Part shown: positions 1 through 9,391 of the stretch, in pieces
How positions within the stretch are numbered: position 1 is the stretch's first letter
Layout: each line of letters starts with the position of its first letter
Source of the DNA: Candidatus Bathyarchaeota archaeon
Lineage (GTDB): Archaea; Thermoproteota; Bathyarchaeia; Bathyarchaeales; Bathycorpusculaceae
DNA length: 64,000 nucleotides
Assembly: GCA_963702095.1 (NCBI GenBank)
Contig: OY969706.1
Location: 1,920,001-1,984,000, forward strand
Direction of reading: 5' to 3'
Translations under genes and position numbers: made by a program
Notes under the pieces: model-generated
Databases searched by the model: none
What the model saw: only the letters and a program-made list of their open reading frames with translations
Told to the model about the DNA's origin: nothing

Positions 1-80
1 GCAGGATCAACATAAACCAGCAAAGATGACGATAGAAGAGCAACTGACAAAATGACAGACAGGACACAATCAGCTTTCAT
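1..80 (-). CDS. Partial CDS (5' end), secreted/membrane protein with signal peptide; runs off the window
   Basis: ATG at 80 reads MKADCVLSVILSVALLSSSLLVYVDP, a hydrophobic signal-peptide-like start; AT-rich promoter region upstream. Confidence 0.6.
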   Translation of the reverse strand, partial: MKADCVLSVILSVALLSSSLLVYVDP

Positions 81-292
81 GCGGTCGTAATCCCTTAACT
101 GTTATTATTTATGTAAACGATAAATAGTTTGCTAAATTCCATGAGATAAATAAAAAATGGAAAAGGAATTCTTGATCGACTGGAAAAAACAATTATGACT
201 AAGAAATTAGGTACATAGTTGAAATAGGGGATGTTATATATACCAATAAAAAAGTTAAGGTACGGAAGAGAGGATAGGGGTAAAAGAAGGGT

Positions 293-436
293 ATGTTGAG
301 TAATTTAAAGAAGCGGTTTGATGGGTTCTTCTACAAGTGCGAATACATAAAAGAATGCGGCAAAGTAACCCCGCAATGCAGTGAAGGCGGCAACAGCTAC
401 TGCGGCGAATACAGAAAACGCCTCCGCAACAGCTAA
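293..436 (+). CDS. Small Cys-rich protein (47 aa)
   Basis: Manual translation MLSNLKKRFDGFFYKCEYIKECGKVTPQCSEGGNSYCGEYRKRLRNS; four spaced Cys; stop overlaps the pncB stop. Confidence 0.5.
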   Translation: MLSNLKKRFDGFFYKCEYIKECGKVTPQCSEGGNSYCGEYRKRLRNS

Positions 437-1827
437 GCCGTATGGTTGATTTCTTTTTCAGTTATCTTCAGCTTTAGCTCTTCGACCAAATTCTGAAGTT
501 TTTCACTAAGCTCCACTGGATAGGATGGCGCATTTGTGAGGGCTTTGAATTTTTGAGGTAACTGGGCTAGGTTTTCCGCTGCAAAAACGCGAATCTCCTC
601 CAAAGAAGGCAGTTTATCAGTTAATTTTCCCTGTTCCATGACTTTTTTTAGCATTGGTTCACCCTCTGCGGGTTCGTCAGCCAACGCAATCACGTCCTTT
701 AGGAATGCACCCTCGCCATTTCGGAAACGATAAACCTGTTTTCGCCCCGGCAAAGTAATTTTATTTTTACTGAGCTTCATGATAGGCGCGAATTCGCCAT
801 CGACGGTTTGGGTTTCACAAAGCTTGTAGATGCCGTCGAGGTAGGGGCGGTCGGCGCTGGTTCCCATTTTTGTGCCCACGCCAAACGCGTCAATCGGCGC
901 GTCCAAAGAGAGCAACTCGCTGATTCTGTACTCGTCTAAGTCGCCGCTGGCAAAGATTTTGGCGTAACCAAGGTTTTGGCTGTCGAGGATTTTGCGTACT
1001 TTTTTGCTGGTTTGCGCCAAGTCGCCGCTGTCCAACCGCACCCCGCCCAAGCGCATGCCCTTTGCCTCCAACTCTTTGGCGACGACTGCGGCTTTTTCCG
1101 CTCCCGCTATGTCGTCGTAGGTGTCTATGAGTAGGGTGGATTTGTCTGGGAAGGTTTTGGCGAAGGCTCGAAACGCATCGATTTCTTTGGGGTAGGACAT
1201 GATGAAGCTGTGCGCCATGGTGCCGAAGACTGGGATCCCGTACGCTAACCCAGCGAGCACGTTGCTTGTGCCCTGGCAACCGGCGATGTAGCTGCTTCGG
1301 GCCACTTTCATGCCTGCGTCTATGCCGGGTTCACGGCGCAAACCGAATTCGATGACTGCTTTGCCGTCGGCGGCTTGGACTACGCGACTGGCTTTGGTTG
1401 CGATCATGGTTTGCAGGTTAATGCTGTTGAGGAGGAAGGTTTCGACGAGTTGTGCCTCTATGATGGGGGCGGTTATGCGAAGGAGCGGTTCGTTGGGGAA
1501 AACCAAGGTGCCCTCGGGAACTGCCCAAACCTCACCTGTAAACTTGAAGTCCCGAAGGTAATTGAGGAAGTCTTCTTTGAAACCCTGCACTTTGAGGTAA
1601 GCAAGATGCTCCTCGGTGAATTTGATACTCTGCAAATAACCCAAGGCTTCTTCTAGGCCTGCAAAGAGGAAGTAGCTGCGGTTCTCCGGCAAGCGGCGGA
1701 TGAAGAGGTCAAACGTGGCGGTTTCAAAGTTTTTGTTGTCAAAGTAGGCGGCGCACATGGTTAACTCGTAGAAGTCGGTGAAGAGGCTCATGTTTTCCTC
1801 TTTTAAGTAGCCCAGAAACGGTTTCAT
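433..1827 (-). CDS. pncB: Nicotinate phosphoribosyltransferase
   Basis: LFTDFYELTM, EFGLRR, GTMAHSF (phospho-His), LIDTYD, GVRLDSGDL, FGVGT motifs; true start may be ~1790. Confidence 0.95.
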   Translation of the reverse strand: MKPFLGYLKEENMSLFTDFYELTMCAAYFDNKNFETATFDLFIRRLPENRSYFLFAGLEEALGYLQSIKFTEEHLAYLKVQGFKEDFLNYLRDFKFTGEVWAVPEGTLVFPNEPLLRITAPIIEAQLVETFLLNSINLQTMIATKASRVVQAADGKAVIEFGLRREPGIDAGMKVARSSYIAGCQGTSNVLAGLAYGIPVFGTMAHSFIMSYPKEIDAFRAFAKTFPDKSTLLIDTYDDIAGAEKAAVVAKELEAKGMRLGGVRLDSGDLAQTSKKVRKILDSQNLGYAKIFASGDLDEYRISELLSLDAPIDAFGVGTKMGTSADRPYLDGIYKLCETQTVDGEFAPIMKLSKNKITLPGRKQVYRFRNGEGAFLKDVIALADEPAEGEPMLKKVMEQGKLTDKLPSLEEIRVFAAENLAQLPQKFKALTNAPSYPVELSEKLQNLVEELKLKITEKEINHTA

Positions 1828-1948
1828 AGGTATAAGGAAAATCTAACGGCATTTAATCTTTTCTTAACCATTTCTTGCGTAATGGCCGTTGTATTCTACG
1901 TCAAAAACCTAAATGTTGATTAAAAAAAGAAAAGAGAGTTATATTTCT

Positions 1949-3658
1949 CTAGAAGGGTGGAGGTGGGTTAATTATTCTAACACAATCGAAATCAATACTT
2001 GCTCCGGTACTACCTGTTGTGGTAGCTGCAATCGCTACGCATGAATATTGACCATAATAGGTGCCGCAATTGAGCCATTGAGGACCGTCTGAATGGTATA
2101 GATTTACATCCACTACCGGATTCCCCCAAGGACCATAATAGCTTGGCCCTACATATACTCGAACATGCGTGAGAGTGTTATCAACGGGTGTATTGTATTT
2201 TATTTGAAGAGTACCGAAGAAATTAACGCCACCACCAGTTATACCTCCATACAGGTACCCGCCGTTTTCGACGGCATAAGTCATTGCCTCTATGTGTGCA
2301 TAGTTTCCGTCTTCCTGACCCAGTATCAACGATGGGTTTTGTACAACACCCACTCCGTAAGTATCGCTAAACACTGTCACCATTGACTTGGGCGCCTGAA
2401 CTCCAGAGTCAGGCCAAGCGCTCGAATGTTCGCTCCCAAAATTTAAATTCCAAGTAGGGTAAAAAACCCAATTACCCAGATAGGACATGCAGTATCTGTT
2501 AGTACGGAATCCTTCTTCACCATCGATTGGTGTAGTTGTAATCAAATACCAATTCCATGTATCATAATCGAACCACCAGTGTTCTTCATATATAGATATG
2601 TAATAACTATACATAACTCCGTTTGTTGCACTGTAAACCGCTGGAATAGCAACTTCGGTGATTATAGTGATTATATCCAAGATTATTCCGACTGGTTCCA
2701 AACTCATTAGAACTGCATAAATTTCTAAGATATCCATAATTGTATCAATATGAACTGTTTCATAATCGTACCACCAAACGTAGCTTCCATGGAGGTGCGC
2801 AACATACATATCTTGCCCGTTATCAGCAATTAATCTAACGTCATCGGCCATGTTCTCATAGTAAGGGTCTATAACCGTTCCATTTGGAAGGGTTACCAGA
2901 GCTTTTAGTCCGGTTGCGTTGTCCCTTGGCAGAAAACAAATATTATATTGTCCGGCGGGGTCTTTGAAATTCTGATTAATAGTTGCATTGGCATACAGGA
3001 GTGAGGACTCGTTTTTGTTCCAAACGCTGTCTCCTTGAAACGTGATATCAATACTTTTAGAGTTATTGGCAAAATGAATGCTAGCAGTGTTTTGTTTTGT
3101 TACCGTATCACCGACAATTTTTCGCTCAACTAACGTCATTGAGGAATTGACTGCCCCTCTGATACTTTGCTCGACAGTCGTCAAAATCTCGTTTCCCTTT
3201 TCAGCTCTCGTTCGGGATTCAGAGACATAACTTGAAGAGCCGCCGCTTGAAATTTGTGCCGAATAAGTATACCCACCACTTGTCTTTCCTGCAGACATGC
3301 TCAGATGATTTTCCACAGCTACCGTTTTCGGTCCGTCAACGGCATCAACGATATATGTAGAGCTTTTACTGATTGTTTCTTGCGAACTCAAAATTCCCTT
3401 TTCTACATCAACACGCTCGTCCGTTTTATTTAGCGGCTTTAGTCCAAGAACGTTAAGGTACTTATTGGTAAATGCTTCTGATATGTTCATGGTACTCCAG
3501 TTATCGGAGTCTGTTTTCGGTGTGATGTTTTCATATGGCAAACTAGGTTTCTCAAGTTTTTGTGCCTCAACAGTCATTAAAGGGCTTGTTATCAGCAATG
3601 AGGACAAAATCGCTAATAAAACTGAGCCCGAAATTACTCTTTTAATTGCTTTTTTCAT
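1949..3658 (-). CDS. Secreted hypothetical protein (AT-rich gene)
   Basis: 569-aa ORF with signal peptide and Tyr/Trp/Gly-rich beta-type C-terminus. Confidence 0.7.
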   Translation of the reverse strand: MKKAIKRVISGSVLLAILSSLLITSPLMTVEAQKLEKPSLPYENITPKTDSDNWSTMNISEAFTNKYLNVLGLKPLNKTDERVDVEKGILSSQETISKSSTYIVDAVDGPKTVAVENHLSMSAGKTSGGYTYSAQISSGGSSSYVSESRTRAEKGNEILTTVEQSIRGAVNSSMTLVERKIVGDTVTKQNTASIHFANNSKSIDITFQGDSVWNKNESSLLYANATINQNFKDPAGQYNICFLPRDNATGLKALVTLPNGTVIDPYYENMADDVRLIADNGQDMYVAHLHGSYVWWYDYETVHIDTIMDILEIYAVLMSLEPVGIILDIITIITEVAIPAVYSATNGVMYSYYISIYEEHWWFDYDTWNWYLITTTPIDGEEGFRTNRYCMSYLGNWVFYPTWNLNFGSEHSSAWPDSGVQAPKSMVTVFSDTYGVGVVQNPSLILGQEDGNYAHIEAMTYAVENGGYLYGGITGGGVNFFGTLQIKYNTPVDNTLTHVRVYVGPSYYGPWGNPVVDVNLYHSDGPQWLNCGTYYGQYSCVAIAATTTGSTGASIDFDCVRIINPPPPF

Positions 3659-3849
3659 TTATTTTTACTCCTATATTACACGTCATTCGAACTCGTTAAT
3701 GTTCGCCCGTCAGATTGTCTTTGTTATAATTAATTTATAAGCTTTATTCATATTCTGAATAAACTTTAAATTTCGATGACCTTATATGATTCGGATCTAA
3801 CGTTAATTGAGGTTAAGTGTAATCCTTCTAGCAGGCGAGAAAGAATGGT

Positions 3850-5307
3850 TTGTTGACAAAATTATATAGCCAAACAGCCACTATTACCCCACACCCACGG
3901 GTAACCAACCAAATGACCCCCCAAACGCAGCGATTTAGCCTCAAAGGTGCAATATGTAGCAATTACGCAATCATAGGCATCCTCATAGGCGTCGCCCTGA
4001 TATCGCTCTCCATTGGCCCCTTTCAGAACCCCGACACAACATGGGAATACAAAGCCGCCTCAGGCGTGCTGGAATGGGGTATGCCTTTCACCGAAGTACG
4101 GGGCAGCATGATTAACCAGCCGCCGCTTGGCTTCTACGCGGAGGGGCTTTTTCTACGGGTCTTCGGCGCCTCGATCCAGACAGGCACCATCCTCATTACC
4201 TTGTTTGGCCTCGGCTGCACCCTGCTAATGTACCTCATTGGCACCGCCTTGTATGGCAAAAAAACCGGGTTGATCGCGGCGGCGCTGTTTGCCTTGACAC
4301 CTTGGCAGCTGGTTCTGTCGAACAGTTTCTTGATAGACACGCAGTGCCTCTTTTTTAGTCTCAGCGCCCTCTACGTTGGCATCTTGGCTTTCCGCGGTGA
4401 CTCCACCAAACTGCTCGCCTTGTCCGGTGGGCTGTTTGCGTTGGCTTTCTACACTAAACTCTTCGCGGTCTTCACCCTGATTCCCCTCTTCCTATTCTAT
4501 CTCTATTATCAACGCAGAAACCTCCGAAGCCTCCCCCTCAAAATCGCCGTTTTTTTTGTACCCCTAATTGCTGCCACATTGATATGGTACACAGCTGACT
4601 TTTACATGATGCCCAGCTGGCTCCCAAGCGGCCTAAGCTACATGTTTACCCACTCCGACTTCAGCGACACAAACCCAGCAGGCGCGGCTCCCACTTACAG
4701 TTTCGTCACCACTTTCCTGCTAAACTATGGATTAGGCTACTTTTTTGTGGCAGCCGCTGCCCTTTCCTTGCTTGTGGGGTTCGCTTTTAGAAAACAGTTG
4801 GCTAAACAATTCGCATCTTATGATGCCATCGTTTTGGTGCCTATACTCTTCATCGTCGGCTTAACCGCCTTCCTAGGCGTAACGCTTGACCTAAAGGTGC
4901 CTTACACCAGCGCCATCAAATACCTCTACCAAGCCCTCCCCTTCTTCTGCTTAGCCGCGGCATCCCTGGCAGTCAAATCTGCCTCGATAATTAAATCAAC
5001 GCAATCAAACGCAACTAGAAAAACAGCTTTCGTGTCCATCGGAGCCCTTGGGTTTGTGCTGGTTTTGGCATCTTTGCTTGCGAACTTTTACGCGGCAAAT
5101 CAGCTGTCGACAAGTTCCTTTGTACTCTTTAGGGTCCAACTGGGCCAACATTTAGGCTACTCCTTCGATAACTCCGCCATCGCTGTGGACAGCCCGCTGC
5201 TGGTTCTACAGTACTTGGGCTTCGGGTTAATTCTGCTATCTCTAGTCTACCCCAACAGGCACCTCATAGTCGCCTCCATACAGCGGTTGGTGTACAGAAA
5301 AAAGTGA
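3850..5307 (+). CDS. GT-C fold glycosyltransferase (ArnT/PMT, GT39-like)
   Basis: Multi-TM protein with NPD and NQPPLG motifs in the first loop, LIDT motif, YTK. Confidence 0.8.
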   Translation: MLTKLYSQTATITPHPRVTNQMTPQTQRFSLKGAICSNYAIIGILIGVALISLSIGPFQNPDTTWEYKAASGVLEWGMPFTEVRGSMINQPPLGFYAEGLFLRVFGASIQTGTILITLFGLGCTLLMYLIGTALYGKKTGLIAAALFALTPWQLVLSNSFLIDTQCLFFSLSALYVGILAFRGDSTKLLALSGGLFALAFYTKLFAVFTLIPLFLFYLYYQRRNLRSLPLKIAVFFVPLIAATLIWYTADFYMMPSWLPSGLSYMFTHSDFSDTNPAGAAPTYSFVTTFLLNYGLGYFFVAAAALSLLVGFAFRKQLAKQFASYDAIVLVPILFIVGLTAFLGVTLDLKVPYTSAIKYLYQALPFFCLAAASLAVKSASIIKSTQSNATRKTAFVSIGALGFVLVLASLLANFYAANQLSTSSFVLFRVQLGQHLGYSFDNSAIAVDSPLLVLQYLGFGLILLSLVYPNRHLIVASIQRLVYRKK

Positions 5308-5397
5308 GCGCCAGACCCCCATATAGGTGTAATTTGTTGCCTTATCAACCGTTCTAATACTTAGATTTAATAGTATTAACCGCTAAAGACAGAGACG

Positions 5398-8313
5398 ATG
5401 GCTATGCCGTTAATGTACCCGCTAAAACATGTGTTTCGCAACTGGAAACTGTTCACAGCCCTCCTTATCGGTGTCACTTTGGCGGCAACCTTCTGCGCAG
5501 CCATCGGAGTAAAAGCCAACGTATCCGCCGAGCAAGCCCTCGACAAACAAATCAGCAACATAATAACCGACATGACCTTAAGCGCAAGCCTAAACCGGAC
5601 GAACCTTCCTTTAGCCTACCGCGACCTAACCACTGTTGAGGGCGTAAAAAGTGTAGATACGCTTGCATCCTTCCAATATTCAGTGCGAACATCGAGCGAT
5701 AACTATAGCACCTCATATTGGACGACGATGTATAGCTTTCCAAATTCTTCCCGCATTAACGGTGAATGGTTAAATAAACCCGTAGACGGCATCCCCCTGA
5801 ACTACACTTACATCGTCGCCGGCAGCAACTTAGCCCAAAAATTGCAGGTCGGCGACAACATAACCATGATGGTTAATTTTTACACTACCAAATACTCGAA
5901 CACCACCAGCTTTTACGTTAACTTAACCGTCGCCGGCTTCGCAGAGTTAACTGACACCGGTTATTCGCTTCTTTCCAATGGCGGCGGAAGCATCGTTTAT
6001 GCCGATGATCTTAGGGGATTCTCAAGTGCTTTGCCCACCTCAGGTTACGGCGGATACTACGGTGGCTATAGGAGCGACGGGATGCTCGTTGGCTGGGACA
6101 GCACTCTGGAGCAACTCTGGAGCAAAGCCTTAGAGGGTAGCATTGCACAGATAACCTTCTCTATTAATGTCGACCGCCAGAGCCTCATCAGTCCCTGGAA
6201 CATAGATGCCTCAATTGACAGTCTCAATATAGTCGAGCAGAGAATTCACAACATAGTGCTCGGAACCTCCTTGGAAAATGGTTATGTCTATAATTATTTA
6301 GGTAGCCAGCTTTCTTATTACCAGTACAGTTTCTCATCTATGCTTTATAGTTTCATTGTCGTATCAATCCCTGTTTTCTTCGTGGCTTGGTACTTGGGTT
6401 CTACCGTGTCGGACGTTTCCTTTAACATTCGCCGTAGAGAAATCGGCTTATTATCGACCAAAGGCTTATCGAGCGGTCAAATCCAGCGAATGTTCCTAAC
6501 TGAAGCAGTGGTGATCGGCGCCGTCGGCGGCGCACTGGGTGTGGTCGGTGGATTAATCTTAAACCAATACTACGCTGGCACCGTGGACCTAAATAGTCTC
6601 TTTGCAGGTAGAATGTTTGACCCAACCCTCGCATTGATCACAATCATATTCGGCATCGTTTTAGCCTTAGCTTCAGTGTTTTGGTCTAGCCGAAAAGCTT
6701 CCCGCATACCCGCCGTTGAAGCCCTCAGAGAATACATGCCTATCGAAACCAAATCACGCTTCCGATGGGTCGCTTGGGTAGCGCTCATCTTGGGCAGCTT
6801 CCAAATAGCTGTGTTACTTTCAGGCGTAAACGTACAACAGGCTATTGATCTATGGCGATATGGCGGCGGGGACACCATTATTGGACCCATACTTTCCGAT
6901 GTATGGCGTTACTTTAACGCTATAATGACTTTCCTTGCACCTTTCCTGTTCTTCTGGGGATTCACCAAAGTCGTTATCCGCGATTCCAGCAAATTCCAAG
7001 CGGTTGCATCCAAAATCTCCTCTGTCATGGGCGATTTAGGTGCCTTAGCAGCCAAGAATGTACGGCGAAATGCCGCTCGAATGGCAGCAATAGCATTCCT
7101 AATAGCATTAATCATAGGCTTTAGCGTTCAAGTCACTGGGCAAATCGCAAGCCAAGAAGACTACATCGTCCGAGAGGTACGCAATACTGTAGGCGCGGAT
7201 ATTTCTGTAAGTGAAGCTAACGCTACAAAGGGTCAAATCGTATTCAACGATATTTTAGGTAACGTCACAGGCATTAGCAACGCGACTATAGAGCGGTCGC
7301 TTTGGGTTCCAGTCCATGGCAGCTATAACACCGTCCAGATAAGAACAATTGACCCGAACACTTGGGCAAAATCCGCATATTACGAGCCTGAATGGTTCAC
7401 AGGAAACTCTGTGGACGAGATGATTCGGCAGATGAAGGGAAACAACGGCACCATCATACTTGACCGAAGCATCGCTAAACAGTTAGACAAAAAACTTTGG
7501 GACACAATAACCATCGACTTCAACTCGTGTCCACGTGAGCTCAAAATAGTCGGGTTCTTCGGACCCGAACCCAGTGATAGTGGCAACGGCTACTCGCCAG
7601 TACCCATCTACAACGGCGGTGGAATTAAAGACTCAACAAACTACCTCAACCCAATGTTCTACTCCTATGTCCCCACAGACATATTCAACATGACCTACTA
7701 CAGCCCCATCTACCACCTCGAATCCTTCAGCACAACCTACCTAATCAAACTTGAACCCGGAGCAAACGGCACACAAGTAACAAACCAAATACGCCAAGTT
7801 GCCCCCACCGAAATCTCCAGCGTCGACTCCTTCGACTACCAATGGCGCCAATCCCAAGCAAACAACAACCTCTACACGTACAGTAGCCTCCAAGTCCTCG
7901 ACATCCAAAACTTAGGCCTCGTCTTCGCAGTCCTCTCAGCATCCGTGGGCATGGCGTTGATTGCTGTGGTCAGCTTGAAAGAACGTAGCCGAGAAGCCAC
8001 CTTGATGAGTGTACGAGGCTTATCTTATCGGCAACTGGTTTGGATGTTCCTCACCGAGAACATGGCTATAATAACGTTCTCAGTTATCTTAGGTGCCGTC
8101 GTGGGCACAATACTGGTGTATGGCAGCGTGGTCTCAGCCAACAACACCCTCTACGTTAACCAACTGGTGACGCAACGCCTCGTATTCCCGCCGGATGTGG
8201 TGGGAACCATAGGCGTCTACATCGCCTTAATCTACGCTGCAACAATCGGCGCAATCCTGGTCATGTCACGTCAATACGTAACTAAACTCGAAAAGATGGT
8301 TAGAGCAAGATGA
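5398..8313 (+). CDS. ABC transporter permease, MacB/FtsX family (duplicated)
   Basis: Two FtsX-like repeats (RRREIGLLSTKGLSSGQI; ERSREATLMSVRGLSYRQL) with large extracellular domains. Confidence 0.9.
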   Translation: MAMPLMYPLKHVFRNWKLFTALLIGVTLAATFCAAIGVKANVSAEQALDKQISNIITDMTLSASLNRTNLPLAYRDLTTVEGVKSVDTLASFQYSVRTSSDNYSTSYWTTMYSFPNSSRINGEWLNKPVDGIPLNYTYIVAGSNLAQKLQVGDNITMMVNFYTTKYSNTTSFYVNLTVAGFAELTDTGYSLLSNGGGSIVYADDLRGFSSALPTSGYGGYYGGYRSDGMLVGWDSTLEQLWSKALEGSIAQITFSINVDRQSLISPWNIDASIDSLNIVEQRIHNIVLGTSLENGYVYNYLGSQLSYYQYSFSSMLYSFIVVSIPVFFVAWYLGSTVSDVSFNIRRREIGLLSTKGLSSGQIQRMFLTEAVVIGAVGGALGVVGGLILNQYYAGTVDLNSLFAGRMFDPTLALITIIFGIVLALASVFWSSRKASRIPAVEALREYMPIETKSRFRWVAWVALILGSFQIAVLLSGVNVQQAIDLWRYGGGDTIIGPILSDVWRYFNAIMTFLAPFLFFWGFTKVVIRDSSKFQAVASKISSVMGDLGALAAKNVRRNAARMAAIAFLIALIIGFSVQVTGQIASQEDYIVREVRNTVGADISVSEANATKGQIVFNDILGNVTGISNATIERSLWVPVHGSYNTVQIRTIDPNTWAKSAYYEPEWFTGNSVDEMIRQMKGNNGTIILDRSIAKQLDKKLWDTITIDFNSCPRELKIVGFFGPEPSDSGNGYSPVPIYNGGGIKDSTNYLNPMFYSYVPTDIFNMTYYSPIYHLESFSTTYLIKLEPGANGTQVTNQIRQVAPTEISSVDSFDYQWRQSQANNNLYTYSSLQVLDIQNLGLVFAVLSASVGMALIAVVSLKERSREATLMSVRGLSYRQLVWMFLTENMAIITFSVILGAVVGTILVYGSVVSANNTLYVNQLVTQRLVFPPDVVGTIGVYIALIYAATIGAILVMSRQYVTKLEKMVRAR

Positions 8314-9209
8314 GCGGACAAAACGTAAAAATCAGAGACTTAGTTAAGGTGCATCGCACTGGCAAAATAGAAGTCCAAGCATTAAGAGGCTTAAACCTCG
8401 ACATATCTTCAGGCGAACTCGTCTCCATCATCGGCCCCAGCGGCAGCGGCAAATCCACATTGCTAAACATCATAGGCGGCCTAGACAAAGCCACCGCAGG
8501 TACCGTAACCGTCGGCGACAAAACCGTAACCGACCTCTCTGTGCGTCAACTCGTCGATTACCGCAGAAGAATGGTTGGCCACATATTCCAAAACCTCAAC
8601 CTAATCCCAACGCTGTCGGCTCAGGAAAACATAGAGTTCTCCATGGTGGCTTCAGGCGTCAACCGAGGCAAACGCAAACAACGCGTACAGGAACTCCTAA
8701 AAACCGTCGGTTTAGAAGGCCGCGCCCAACATAGACCTGAAGAACTCAGCGGCGGCGAGCAACAACGCATCGCCATCGCCTCTGCATTAGCCAACGACGC
8801 ACCCGTCTTGCTGGCGGATGAACCCACCGGCGAATTGGACACTGCAAACGCACGGATAATCGCCGAGTACCTTGTGAAAATCAATCAGGACTTAGGCAAA
8901 ACCATCGTCATGGTTACCCACGACCCCAGCGTCGCCCGCGTCTCCACCCGCATATTGCGCATAGAAGACGGCATAATCAAAACCGCGTTGGCTCCATCGG
9001 AGGTTATTGGGCAGGAGAAAGCGCATTCTTACGTCGACCAGATTAAAGCGCGCATCGTTGAGATCAACGCTCAGATACAGCAGTTGGACAGTGAATTCCG
9101 CATGGAAAAGATAGATGGCGACGAATATGTGTTTAAACGCCAAAACCTAAAGCATGTTAAAGATAGTCTCAAAGAAGAATGCAGTCGCATGGGTGTCATC
9201 CCGCCGTAA
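8310..9209 (+). CDS. ABC transporter ATP-binding protein (LolD/MacB-like) with C-terminal helical extension
   Basis: GPSGSGKST, LSGGEQQR, LLADEPTGELD, VTHD; overlaps the permease stop. Confidence 0.95.
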   Translation: MSGQNVKIRDLVKVHRTGKIEVQALRGLNLDISSGELVSIIGPSGSGKSTLLNIIGGLDKATAGTVTVGDKTVTDLSVRQLVDYRRRMVGHIFQNLNLIPTLSAQENIEFSMVASGVNRGKRKQRVQELLKTVGLEGRAQHRPEELSGGEQQRIAIASALANDAPVLLADEPTGELDTANARIIAEYLVKINQDLGKTIVMVTHDPSVARVSTRILRIEDGIIKTALAPSEVIGQEKAHSYVDQIKARIVEINAQIQQLDSEFRMEKIDGDEYVFKRQNLKHVKDSLKEECSRMGVIPP

Positions 9210-9391
9210 CAGCAAAAAACCAACATCTAACGGCTGTTTTTTAGCCGGTTTTTCCTTCTATCGTTTGCTTGTTCTCTGTTAAGTTTTAAACAGAAGGGTT
9301 TTTTGAAAAAGTATTTCCCAATAGCTTAAGTATTACTACACAATACATAAAAGGTGGTTGCCAGAAGAAGTAGTCGGGGGATACCGTAGAC

